Virus record (IMG/VR): IMGVR_UViG_3300030330_004454
DNA: 64,000 nt
From: an uncultured virus (IMG/VR IMGVR_UViG_3300030330_004454)
Lineage: Duplodnaviria; Heunggongvirae; Uroviricota; Caudoviricetes
Direction: 5' to 3' (one strand)
The notes under the pieces: model-generated
Told to the model about the DNA's origin: nothing
The model's input: only the letters and a program-made list of their open reading frames with translations
Databases searched by the model: none
Shown: positions 1 to 8,875 of the stretch, piece after piece
Position numbering within the stretch: position 1 is the first letter of the stretch
Layout: every line of letters starts with the position of its first letter
Program-made: the position numbers and the translations under genes

Positions 1-8
1 ATTATAGT

Positions 9-1241
9 ATGATTAACAGAAGAAACTTTATACAACATGCTGGTGGACTAGCCTCTGTATCCGCAGCTTCAAGCGTGTTCGGTCAAAAGATCATTGATAG
101 TCGTAAGGATTTGACAAAGAATGAAAAGGGTGCAATTCTTATCTGGCTTGGTGGCGGTCCTCCAACTATTGACATGTGGGATGTAAAATTTGGCGCTGCC
201 ACTGGCGGTCCAACAAGACCCATCAGTACAACTGGTGACTTCCAAATCAACGAGCTTATGCCAGAACTTGCCAAGCAAGGAAAAGATTTCTCTATTGTTA
301 GAAATATGGCGACAAGAGAAGCAGACCACATGCGCGGATCTTACTACATGCACACAGGATTTAAGCCAAGTACAACTATGAGTCACCCATCAATGGGATC
401 TGTAATATCTTACGAACTATCTCAAGGAAGAGACTACCTAGAAATACCGCCATTCTTTTCAATTAGTACAGGAAGTATTGGTGGCGGGTTTCTTGGTTCA
501 GCTTGGAATCCTTTTGTTGTTAGTTCAAATGGTCAAGTTAGAAATCTTGGCGATTCTGTAGATACAGAAAGGATGCAGGCTCTTGCTGCCATAGAAACAG
601 GCTTTGTAAAAAGAAGTAATAGCCATATGGCAAAAAGTCATATGAAAATGCTACAGCAAACATTCAGACTTAATACAAGCCCGCAGATGAAAGCGCTAAA
701 ACCAACAGATGAACCTAAGAATGTAATTGACGCTTACGGCGAGACGGGCTTTGGTAAAGGCGCTTTGATGGCAAGAAGGTTGCTGCAAACAGGTGTGCCG
801 TTTGTAGAGCTTGGCTTTGGTGGTTGGGACTTGCATCAGAATACACATGAAACATTATCAACCAAGCTTCCAGAACTTGACAAAGTAGTTTCTACTCTTA
901 TGTTAGACTTAAAGCGTCTTGACATGTGGGACAATACTGCTATAGTTATGATGGGAGAGTTTGGCAGAACTCCAAAAATTAATCAAAACGCTGGGCGCGA
1001 CCACTGGGCAAGATGTTGGTCTGCGTTTGTTTCTGGTGGATTAATTAATGGTGGTCAAGCGATTGGCTCAACAAGTGACGATGGAAAAGAAATAACTAGC
1101 GATCTAGTATATTCGTCAGAAGATCTGATGATGACAATTTGCAAGTCGCTTGGCATAAGCACAGAAAAAAGCTACACAGCAAAGAATGGTCGCCCAATGA
1201 GAATCGCAAACAATGGTAAGATAATAGAAGGTTTGGTGTAA
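9..1241 (+). CDS. DUF1501-family protein with Tat (twin-arginine) signal peptide
   Basis: N-terminal NRRNF Tat motif. ILIWLGGGPPTIDMWD, HPSMGS, FGKGALMARRL, GGWDLH, GEFGRTPKIN and GRDHW are characteristic of DUF1501 proteins, which are expanded in Planctomycetes. Confidence 0.88.
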   Translation: MINRRNFIQHAGGLASVSAASSVFGQKIIDSRKDLTKNEKGAILIWLGGGPPTIDMWDVKFGAATGGPTRPISTTGDFQINELMPELAKQGKDFSIVRNMATREADHMRGSYYMHTGFKPSTTMSHPSMGSVISYELSQGRDYLEIPPFFSISTGSIGGGFLGSAWNPFVVSSNGQVRNLGDSVDTERMQALAAIETGFVKRSNSHMAKSHMKMLQQTFRLNTSPQMKALKPTDEPKNVIDAYGETGFGKGALMARRLLQTGVPFVELGFGGWDLHQNTHETLSTKLPELDKVVSTLMLDLKRLDMWDNTAIVMMGEFGRTPKINQNAGRDHWARCWSAFVSGGLINGGQAIGSTSDDGKEITSDLVYSSEDLMMTICKSLGISTEKSYTAKNGRPMRIANNGKIIEGLV

Positions 1242-1918
1242 TGGATAGTAAATATATAGCAGAGCTTAATAAATCATTATCTTCTAATTTAGATTCTGTT
1301 GTTTACAAAAAGAACTTGAAAGACAAAAAAGTTTCTAGTATAATAACAATAGACTGGGAGGGCGTTTTACCAGAACCTCCCAAAAATACATCAGAAGAAA
1401 CTAAAAAAGAATTAGAGTATTTACAGTCGCTCACAGCTAATTTAAGTTATGAAGAAAAAAATCTAGTACAGTTAGTTGATAAAGAACCGCTAGATTTATA
1501 CAAACCAATTTTTAATAGCATGGGTCAACCCATGCCCGAAAAAGACTTTAAAAAACTCTACAAAGTAGTAGATCCAATTATTACAAATCTTAAAAATAAA
1601 TTTAATAGACCTAGACCTAAACAATTAGGAGATTTATTAGATTACAGAATAAATGTTATAAAGACAAAATCACATCACACGCCAGCTTATCCATCTGGTC
1701 ATACTGTGTATGCGGCGATGGCAGCATATCTATTTTCGGATATGTACCCTCATCGTTCGTCTGAATTTTTTAAAATGATAAGCCTTGCTGGATTAGCAAG
1801 ATGTTTACAGGGCGTTCACTACCCGTCTGACAACGAAGCTTCTATGGTAATATCTGGAGCAGTATGGCAAGACGTTAGATACAAATTATTTCCAAATTTA
1901 CAACCTTACAGGAGTTAA
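1241..1918 (+). CDS. PAP2-superfamily (acid phosphatase/vanadium haloperoxidase-like) protein
   Basis: All three PAP2 motifs are present: KNKFNRPRP, PAYPSGH and ARCLQGVHYPSD. Translationally coupled to the upstream gene (TAATG). Confidence 0.85.
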   Translation: MDSKYIAELNKSLSSNLDSVVYKKNLKDKKVSSIITIDWEGVLPEPPKNTSEETKKELEYLQSLTANLSYEEKNLVQLVDKEPLDLYKPIFNSMGQPMPEKDFKKLYKVVDPIITNLKNKFNRPRPKQLGDLLDYRINVIKTKSHHTPAYPSGHTVYAAMAAYLFSDMYPHRSSEFFKMISLAGLARCLQGVHYPSDNEASMVISGAVWQDVRYKLFPNLQPYRS

Positions 1919-1920
1919 TA

Positions 1921-3246
1921 ATGCCAATTCCAAAAAGAAAAGACGGCGAAGATAGAAATAAATTCATGTCAAGATGTATGTCTGATAATAATATGTCTAA
2001 AGATTATCCAGACAACAAACAGCGAGTAGCCGTATGTATAAGCAAAGCTACAGAGGATCTTGACTATGTTCAAGCGGCAGACTTTCACCTTTATTATAAT
2101 GAATTTGGATATACAGAAGAAATTGATGAAGATAATTTCTACGTTCCGGCAGAAGCAGATTATGAAGACTGGGATGATGGAGATGTAGAAGAATGGGACT
2201 GGGCAGAGGCTCGTCCCGGACTCTGGGAAAACATTCGTAGAAAAAAAGAGCGCGAAGGCAAAAATTACAAACCTGCTAAAACTGTTAAAGAAGGCAGACC
2301 AACACAGGAGCAACTTAAAAGAGCGCAGTCAGATGTTGATGCTTATGCGGATCATTTAGAAGACGAAGAAGCAGAGGCGCTACAAAGAGGCAAGCCGGGA
2401 CCAAATGATCCCCGTAAAACTCCCGCACCTAAAAAAGATCAGAAAAAAGGATCTAAAAGAAACAAACCAGATAGCGCTAAAGACGACAAAGGTAAAATTA
2501 GTTTTAGTAAGAATACGGAGTCTAGATTAAGAGATGCTGTGTCTAAACATAATGCTAAGGGTAAAGGTCCAAAAGCAACTTTGGGTATGCTAAAGGCAGT
2601 CTATCGAAGAGGCGCTGGAGCATTCTCTACTAGTCATGCGCCTAAGATGTCAAGAGATGGCTGGGCTATGGCAAGAGTCAGGGCTTTCTTGTACTTGTTG
2701 AGAAACGGTCGCCCAAGCAACCCTAATTATAAGCAAGACAATGATCTTCTACCTTCTAGCCACAAAAGATCTTCTAAGGCAGCTATGTCTCCAAAGCAAA
2801 AAGAAGCTCTTGATAAAAATAAAGACGGTAAAATTAGCAAAGAAGACTTTGAAATGCTACGCAAAGAAAAAGAACAAGCTGCCTTTGAATATGAAGATCC
2901 CAAAACTGGGCAACTTTACAGGTTTCAAAGAAAAGGTATGTACAAAAAAGACGGTAGATTCTTGAGGTACAAAGGTAAAGCAGAAATTGATTACACTGAA
3001 TCTGCTGAATATCAAGGTCGCAAAGTAAAGCTTGGTAAACCTTTTAGAACTCCCGGAGGACCAAAGAAAAGCGCTGTATACGTTAAAAATGAAAAAGGCA
3101 ACGTTGTCAAAGTCAACTTTGGTGATCCTAATATGAAAATCAAAAAGAATATTCCGGGTCGCCGCAAGAACTTTAGAGCAAGGCATAATTGCGACAACCC
3201 CGGACCTAGATGGAAAGCAAGGTACTGGTCATGTAGAGCGTGGTGA
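1921..3246 (+). CDS. Modular phage protein of short basic modules plus an EF-hand-like motif; probable internal head/virion protein
   Basis: Contains modules that recur in large phages (PIPK...FMSRCM; GLWENIRRK; LKAVYRRGAGAF...WAMARV; DKNKDGKISKEDF; AEYQGRKV...VNFGD...FRARHNC...YWSC), separated by acidic linkers. Confidence 0.6.
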   Translation: MPIPKRKDGEDRNKFMSRCMSDNNMSKDYPDNKQRVAVCISKATEDLDYVQAADFHLYYNEFGYTEEIDEDNFYVPAEADYEDWDDGDVEEWDWAEARPGLWENIRRKKEREGKNYKPAKTVKEGRPTQEQLKRAQSDVDAYADHLEDEEAEALQRGKPGPNDPRKTPAPKKDQKKGSKRNKPDSAKDDKGKISFSKNTESRLRDAVSKHNAKGKGPKATLGMLKAVYRRGAGAFSTSHAPKMSRDGWAMARVRAFLYLLRNGRPSNPNYKQDNDLLPSSHKRSSKAAMSPKQKEALDKNKDGKISKEDFEMLRKEKEQAAFEYEDPKTGQLYRFQRKGMYKKDGRFLRYKGKAEIDYTESAEYQGRKVKLGKPFRTPGGPKKSAVYVKNEKGNVVKVNFGDPNMKIKKNIPGRRKNFRARHNCDNPGPRWKARYWSCRAW

Positions 3247-3250
3247 TGTC

Positions 3251-3514
3251 ATGATTAAGAATGTAACTCCAACAAAGCTATATAAAATTAGCGACGAATA
3301 TAATCTTGTCGTTATCGAGGACAGTGAAGGGGAGTTACACAACTTAGTTTTTTCTAATTCAGAAATACTAAAAGGAAGACTAAGGGGATCAAGATATTCA
3401 CACAGAGTGCCAGAGTATAGATTAAAATTTTTAGATTGTACAGAAGTGTTTGTTGTATCTGGTCTTGTATCCCTTGTTGTGGGAATATTAACAGGTTGTT
3501 TTCTAGGGATGTAG
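3251..3514 (+). CDS. Small hypothetical protein with C-terminal hydrophobic (membrane) segment
   Basis: Fills the gap in the operon; C-terminal VFVVSGLVSLVVGILTGCFL is hydrophobic. Confidence 0.6.
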   Translation: MIKNVTPTKLYKISDEYNLVVIEDSEGELHNLVFSNSEILKGRLRGSRYSHRVPEYRLKFLDCTEVFVVSGLVSLVVGILTGCFLGM

Positions 3515-3515
3515 G

Positions 3516-4631
3516 ATGGATTTATCAAAATGTAGTTGCGACAAGGCAGGATTCTGTCCTGTCTTTCGTCGCGATATGGATAGCAAAAATCACCATTGGT
3601 GTAAAACGACTGTAGAAGAAAAAAGAATAAGATACTACGAAGAAAATGTAGGAAAACACAAAAACAATCAACTACAAAAGACAGAAGAAAAGTTTTATCT
3701 ACCAAAACAATACAGTGTTCCAAAAAATATCGAACAGGTAGAAATAATAACATTTCATTTTAATCCAACAGGATCTAAAAAACTAAAAGAAACATATTAC
3801 GATTTTCTTTCTGGGCTTAAAAATCTTGCTAAATATGTTAAGTGTTACGAGCTTGTATTTGATGATAGTGAGCCTGAAATAAAAAACTCTAAAGTTATAA
3901 AAGGTACTTTAGAAAAAAATTGCATGTGGCAAAAAGAATCTTTAATGAATGTTGCCATTAAAGAATCAAATATTAATGATAAAAAATATGTTATCTGGGT
4001 AGACCATGATATAATATTTGATAATCCTAACTGGCTGGTAGAAACGATCTCTAAGCTAGAGAGTGGAGTAGACTTTATCCAGCCTTTTGTTAGAGTAAAA
4101 TATTTAAGTCAAGATAAACTAGATATTCAAAGTTCTAGTGTGTCTAGAGTATATGTTAAAAAAACGAACGACACAAGAAACTCTAGAAACTCTTCTGGCG
4201 CTCCGGGTGCAGTCTGGGCAGCAAGGGTGGAAAGTTTGTCGAAAATTTCACCTCTTCCAAATAGCTTTTTAGGCTCAGGTGATGAGTTTCTGGCATTTGG
4301 CCTGTTTGAAGGCGACGATTGGGAAAGGCATCATAAGTTATATAACTACGAAGAAAAAATTAAAGACGCAGTAGAAAAACACATAGTTAAAACAAGATCT
4401 TTTAATTTTAGTGTTGATTATATAGAAAATAATATTTTTCATTTATGGCATGGCGACTTTACAAATAGACAGTATACTACTAGGTATCATATAGCAAAAG
4501 ATAACAATATAGATCTAACTAAAGATATAATTGTAAATGATGACGGAATACTAGAGTTCGTTGGCAGCAGAGCAGAACACTTTTCTAAATTAATATACAA
4601 ATTTTTTGAGAACAGGAAAGAAGATGGTTAA
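3516..4631 (+). CDS. Putative GT-A fold glycosyltransferase with N-terminal Cys-rich segment
   Basis: WQKESLMN, DxD motif (WVDHD), QPF, GSGD and HLWHG; N-terminal CSC...C...C cluster. Confidence 0.6.
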   Translation: MDLSKCSCDKAGFCPVFRRDMDSKNHHWCKTTVEEKRIRYYEENVGKHKNNQLQKTEEKFYLPKQYSVPKNIEQVEIITFHFNPTGSKKLKETYYDFLSGLKNLAKYVKCYELVFDDSEPEIKNSKVIKGTLEKNCMWQKESLMNVAIKESNINDKKYVIWVDHDIIFDNPNWLVETISKLESGVDFIQPFVRVKYLSQDKLDIQSSSVSRVYVKKTNDTRNSRNSSGAPGAVWAARVESLSKISPLPNSFLGSGDEFLAFGLFEGDDWERHHKLYNYEEKIKDAVEKHIVKTRSFNFSVDYIENNIFHLWHGDFTNRQYTTRYHIAKDNNIDLTKDIIVNDDGILEFVGSRAEHFSKLIYKFFENRKEDG

Positions 4632-5511
4632 AATATCAGCTTATTTACTAAATACGATGCCAGTCGTCCAACAGTGGCATTTAACATCTTTGGCTTCTCA
4701 ATTTAATTATTTTTCTCAAGATGGCATAAAGCTAAACGTTTTAGACGATAAGCACTACCTAGTTAGACAACTAATCAACTTGCCTCTCTGTCCTCTTCTG
4801 AGAAAATTTATTAGAATATATGATTTTTTAGATTCTGGAGATGATTACGGATTATTTATGGATCTAGATACATTTATTATAAACAAAAAAAGACACAGTA
4901 ATAATATCAGAGATTGGTGTCGTGATGGTATTAGCTATATTGATTATAAAAATTTTCCCCAATTGGAAACAGTGGAGCCGATTCCAGATTGGGATGCTTT
5001 ACCTTTCCCTTGGTATCTAAAAAGTAGAATTTTTATACAAAAAGCTTTCGTTGAACACTTAGATATTACGTTAAATCAATACATCGTGTTTAATACTGGA
5101 TTTGCACTACTAACAAGAGAGTTTTGTGAGTCTTTGGTTACTAGGCTTGAGAAATTCAATCTTTCACTAAGCAGTAAACAGGGCTTAGATAACATCTTAG
5201 AAATAGAAAAGATTGTTTCAAAAAAAGCAGGTTGTAGCACAAGGTGGGTACAAGACGAGCATTTAATTGAGTTGGCGATAAACACTACAAACAACGATTC
5301 AGCTTTAGAAAGCTTTCAGAAAAAAATAAAAAATTGTTTAGAAATTTGTTCTCACGGTTGGGACATAAAAGATTTTAGAGAGTTTAGATCCGGTGATCCT
5401 TGTAAGTTTAATTTTAGTAAAATTATTAATAATGATTCTATATTCTTACATACTACATCCTGTTCTAAAGATGACGATTTAAATAGCATGTTTAAAATAG
5501 TTGGAGGTTAA
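4624..5511 (+). CDS. Putative GT-A fold glycosyltransferase-like protein
   Basis: FMDLD (DxD), FNTGF and QDE motifs resemble nucleotide-diphospho-sugar transferases. Start placed at ATG 4624, overlapping the upstream stop region. Confidence 0.5.
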   Translation: MVKISAYLLNTMPVVQQWHLTSLASQFNYFSQDGIKLNVLDDKHYLVRQLINLPLCPLLRKFIRIYDFLDSGDDYGLFMDLDTFIINKKRHSNNIRDWCRDGISYIDYKNFPQLETVEPIPDWDALPFPWYLKSRIFIQKAFVEHLDITLNQYIVFNTGFALLTREFCESLVTRLEKFNLSLSSKQGLDNILEIEKIVSKKAGCSTRWVQDEHLIELAINTTNNDSALESFQKKIKNCLEICSHGWDIKDFREFRSGDPCKFNFSKIINNDSIFLHTTSCSKDDDLNSMFKIVGG

Positions 5512-5516
5512 CTATA

Positions 5517-5942
5517 ATGTCGTCAATACTGTATACAGGAGGCACTTTCGATCTATTTCATTATGGTCATATGCAGTTCCTGCAAAATTGCAAAAGACTA
5601 GCTAACACAGTTATTGTCTCCCTGAATACAGATGAATTTGTAGAAAATTACAAAGGCAAAAAACCATTTTTAAATTTTGAAGAAAGAAAAAAAAGCATAC
5701 TAATGTCAGGTTCTGCCCATGAGGTAATAGAAAACAGTGGAGGTTCTGACAGTAAGCCAGCTATACTCTCTGTGCGACCAAACATAATTGCGATTGGGAC
5801 GGATTGGTGTAAAAAAGATTATTACGCTCAAATGAATTTTACTCAATCTTGGCTTGATGAAAAAAGAATTTTACTTGTTTACCTGCCTTACACGGCAAAC
5901 GTGTCCACTACTGAGATAATAAAAAGAGTCAAAAACTATTAA
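5517..5942 (+). CDS. Cytidylyltransferase-like protein (TagD/glycerol-3-phosphate cytidylyltransferase type)
   Basis: GGTFDLFHYGH (HxGH motif), IAIGTDW and C-terminal VSTTEII. Confidence 0.85.
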   Translation: MSSILYTGGTFDLFHYGHMQFLQNCKRLANTVIVSLNTDEFVENYKGKKPFLNFEERKKSILMSGSAHEVIENSGGSDSKPAILSVRPNIIAIGTDWCKKDYYAQMNFTQSWLDEKRILLVYLPYTANVSTTEIIKRVKNY

Positions 5943-5947
5943 AGGTC

Positions 5948-5976
5948 TTGAAAAATATTGTTTTAGTGTCTATAAT
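5948..5976 (+). promoter_or_regulatory. Sigma70-type promoter upstream of dnaE-N
   Basis: TTGAAA, 17-nt spacer, TATAAT in an intergenic gap; RBS AAGGAGA lies just before ATG 6006. Confidence 0.8.
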
Positions 5977-6005
5977 AAGTAGACCGATGTTGAAAGGAGA
6001 TATTG

Positions 6006-7673
6006 ATGACTTGGTTCCCATTGTGTAATTATACGCACTATTCACTGCTAAAAGGGTTTTCTAAACCCAAAGAACTCGCTAAGAAATGTAAAGACAACGG
6101 CTTTCGCGCATGTGGCATCGCTGACTACAAAACAATTTCAGGCGCTGTGGCTTTCTATCAAGCCTGCGTAGCAAATGACGTTAAGCCAATTATAGGTTGT
6201 TCGTTCGATAGCTTTACGTTGTTTGCAAAAAACAAAAAGGGTTGGTTTGACCTAATCAAGATTGTTTCTCTGCTGGACGAAAACGGAGACTACAATGCAA
6301 GCGATTTATCTAAAATTTGCAACAAAGGAAACTTAATTGTTCTAGCAGACTCTGCTGCTGATTCACCAATCAAAAAAGGTTGGTACGAGAAAACCAAATG
6401 CTTTCGAGATTTACACTACACAGAGTCAGAAGATTCCAACCTGCACAGGATTTTGCTTTGCTCTGAAATGAAGACTACTCTCCCTAAGATGCGAAGAAAG
6501 TATCAGAAGGGAGAAGATTTTCCAAATAAAAAATTCTTTGACTTTTCTCATTTTTTTGTTCCAGATAAAACCGGAGCAACAGAAGCTATGCTTGAAGATC
6601 CAGTAGGAACACAGAATCTTGATGAGATATACGAACAGTGTGAAAGTTATAACATCTTGAGTAAACCTGTGCTACCCAAGTTTGACACTCCTAATGGAGA
6701 GTCAGAGAAAGATTACCTGAGAACACTCGCCAGAAAAGGCTGGAAAAAACTACTATCAGAAAAAATCACAGACGAAGAGGGCAGGCAAAAGTATGGCGAC
6801 AGATTCAGAAAAGAATTTGAGGTTATTGAAGAAGCAGATTTGTTTGGTTACTTTCTTATTGTTCGTGACATTATCAACTATGCCGTAGAACAAGGATGGA
6901 TGGTTGGTCCGGGTCGAGGGTCTGCTGCCGGTTGTCTAATATCTTATTTGATTGGAATTACACAGATTGATCCGATTGAATTTGACTTATTGTTTGAACG
7001 ATTCTATAATAGTGGTAGAAACACTAAAGATAATGTGTCGCTTCCAGATATCGACATAGATATTCCCGGAAAGAAAAGAGATGAGATTATATCTTACATC
7101 AAAGATAAATACGGTCATGGCAATGTCAGTCAGATGGTGACATTTGGTAGACTGCAAGGACGTAGTGCGATTAAAGAAATTCTACGTGTAAACGAAGCGT
7201 GTGGTTTCAGTGTGATGAATGAGATTACAAAATACATCCCAGATGAAGCTGCTATCTCTGATCAACTGTCACAGATGGATGAAGAGGATAGATCTATTAT
7301 TAGATGGGCGCTACAGAACAATGAAAAAGATTTGTACGACTACTGCCATATAAATGAAAAAGGTTACTTAGAAGGTGACTATGCAGAATATTTTGAACAA
7401 GCGATCAAGATAGAAGGTACGTTGAAAACGCAAGGCAAACATGCTGCGGGTGTCGTTATATCAGCAAACAAACTATCAGAAGTTTGCCCTATGGTAAACT
7501 CAAAAAGTAGCGATGAGAAGATAGCAGGACTAGAGATGGCAGACTTAGAGGCACTTGGTCACGTTAAGTTTGACGTTCTGGCAATTAACCTGCTTGATAA
7601 ACTTATGTATATTGACTACATAGTAGCCAATCCAAATTCCGTAAAAATGAAGGAAAATAATGTCGAACCGTGA
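6006..7673 (+). CDS. dnaE: DNA polymerase III alpha subunit, N-terminal half (degenerate PHP + palm/thumb)
   Basis: THYSLLKG PHP start, GPGRGSAAGCL, LLFERF, catalytic PDIDID, GKHAAGVV and VKFDVL. The ORF stops shortly after the third catalytic Asp. Confidence 0.92.
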   Translation: MTWFPLCNYTHYSLLKGFSKPKELAKKCKDNGFRACGIADYKTISGAVAFYQACVANDVKPIIGCSFDSFTLFAKNKKGWFDLIKIVSLLDENGDYNASDLSKICNKGNLIVLADSAADSPIKKGWYEKTKCFRDLHYTESEDSNLHRILLCSEMKTTLPKMRRKYQKGEDFPNKKFFDFSHFFVPDKTGATEAMLEDPVGTQNLDEIYEQCESYNILSKPVLPKFDTPNGESEKDYLRTLARKGWKKLLSEKITDEEGRQKYGDRFRKEFEVIEEADLFGYFLIVRDIINYAVEQGWMVGPGRGSAAGCLISYLIGITQIDPIEFDLLFERFYNSGRNTKDNVSLPDIDIDIPGKKRDEIISYIKDKYGHGNVSQMVTFGRLQGRSAIKEILRVNEACGFSVMNEITKYIPDEAAISDQLSQMDEEDRSIIRWALQNNEKDLYDYCHINEKGYLEGDYAEYFEQAIKIEGTLKTQGKHAAGVVISANKLSEVCPMVNSKSSDEKIAGLEMADLEALGHVKFDVLAINLLDKLMYIDYIVANPNSVKMKENNVEP

Positions 7674-8337
7674 TATAATTGTATTTGACTTTGAAACAGG
7701 TGGTAGAGATCCAAATACTTGCCAAGTAACACAACTAGCAGCACTTGCTATTGATGGCAGAAACTTTAGGCTCAAGGGCGAATTTAACAGCGAAGTGTGG
7801 GCAGAGACAGATGACAAGAAAGCAGAAAAGAAAGGTCTTGGTCCAATTGAAGACGGCGCTCTTAAAGTTACCGGCAAGACAAGAGAACAGATAGCAAAAG
7901 CACCTAAACCAAAAGCAGTTTGGAAAAAGTTCTGTGCGTTTGTAGACAAGTATAATTGGAAAGGCACATCGTTCTTTGCTCCTATTCCAGCGGGATACAA
8001 TATCTTGGGTTACGATATGATTATTGTAGACAGGCTTTGTAAAGAGTACGGACCTTGGGACGAGTCTAGACAAAGGCAAAAGCTATTCCATCAAATTTAT
8101 AAAATCGACATGATGGACAACTATTATATGTGGACAGAGGGAGACCCAAGTATTAAAACTCGCAGTATGGACAGTATTCGTGAACGCATGGGTATGTCTT
8201 CAGAAAATGCTCACGATGCTCTACAGGACGTTAAAGATACGGCAAATTTGATGATTAAATTTATGAAAACGCATCGCGCTGTATATAGAAACCTAAAGCT
8301 TGAAAAGGCATTTGCGAACGGCAACACATATGTTTGA
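7660..8337 (+). CDS. DEDDh 3'-5' exonuclease (DnaQ/epsilon-like proofreading subunit)
   Basis: ExoI VFDFETGG, ExoII GYNILGYD and ExoIII AHDALQDV. Confidence 0.9.
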   Translation: MSNRDIIVFDFETGGRDPNTCQVTQLAALAIDGRNFRLKGEFNSEVWAETDDKKAEKKGLGPIEDGALKVTGKTREQIAKAPKPKAVWKKFCAFVDKYNWKGTSFFAPIPAGYNILGYDMIIVDRLCKEYGPWDESRQRQKLFHQIYKIDMMDNYYMWTEGDPSIKTRSMDSIRERMGMSSENAHDALQDVKDTANLMIKFMKTHRAVYRNLKLEKAFANGNTYV

Positions 8338-8875
8338 CATATCGAGCGCAGTGGTTCATTATAATGAAACTCTACAGAGTGGAGTAAAACAATCCGACAA
8401 GCACATGGATGGTTTTTCGGAGCTATTAAAAAACGAATTTCATCATATGAACATAAAAGAAAAACACAAAGCTACCCTTCAGGGTGGCATTCTAAACAAG
8501 AGGTGGGATTTACTAGCCTACAATAATAAAAAAGAGTTTGCGTTTGAATTTAAGAGCATACTTAGCTCAAGGTTCGGTAGAAACTATAGCTCAAGAGTGG
8601 AAGAGGCTATCGGCGTGGGCTATGACGCTAAAGCTAGAAATAAAAAAGCTAAACTGGGTTATTTGATAGTGCTAGAAAATGATGATAACAATTCCTCCAA
8701 ATTTCACGACAAAATAAATATTTTTTGCAACTCTATAGTCAACGATTATAAAATTTATAACTCTGCTCTAGCAATAGAAATAACAGGAGCAGAATGGAAA
8801 TATTTGTTTAACGACTATAAAAAATTTATTGATAAGTTTTACCAAAACTCTATATTTGATCTACTAGGTATATAA
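8330..8875 (+). CDS. XhoI/PaeR7I-family type II restriction endonuclease-like protein (orphan)
   Basis: KHMDGF, KRWDLL, FEFKSI and FGRNYSSRVEEAIG match the recalled family pattern (K.MDGF; K.WDLL; EFKS; FGNN..NR.EEA.G). No methyltransferase is adjacent. Confidence 0.7.
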   Translation: MFDISSAVVHYNETLQSGVKQSDKHMDGFSELLKNEFHHMNIKEKHKATLQGGILNKRWDLLAYNNKKEFAFEFKSILSSRFGRNYSSRVEEAIGVGYDAKARNKKAKLGYLIVLENDDNNSSKFHDKINIFCNSIVNDYKIYNSALAIEITGAEWKYLFNDYKKFIDKFYQNSIFDLLGI

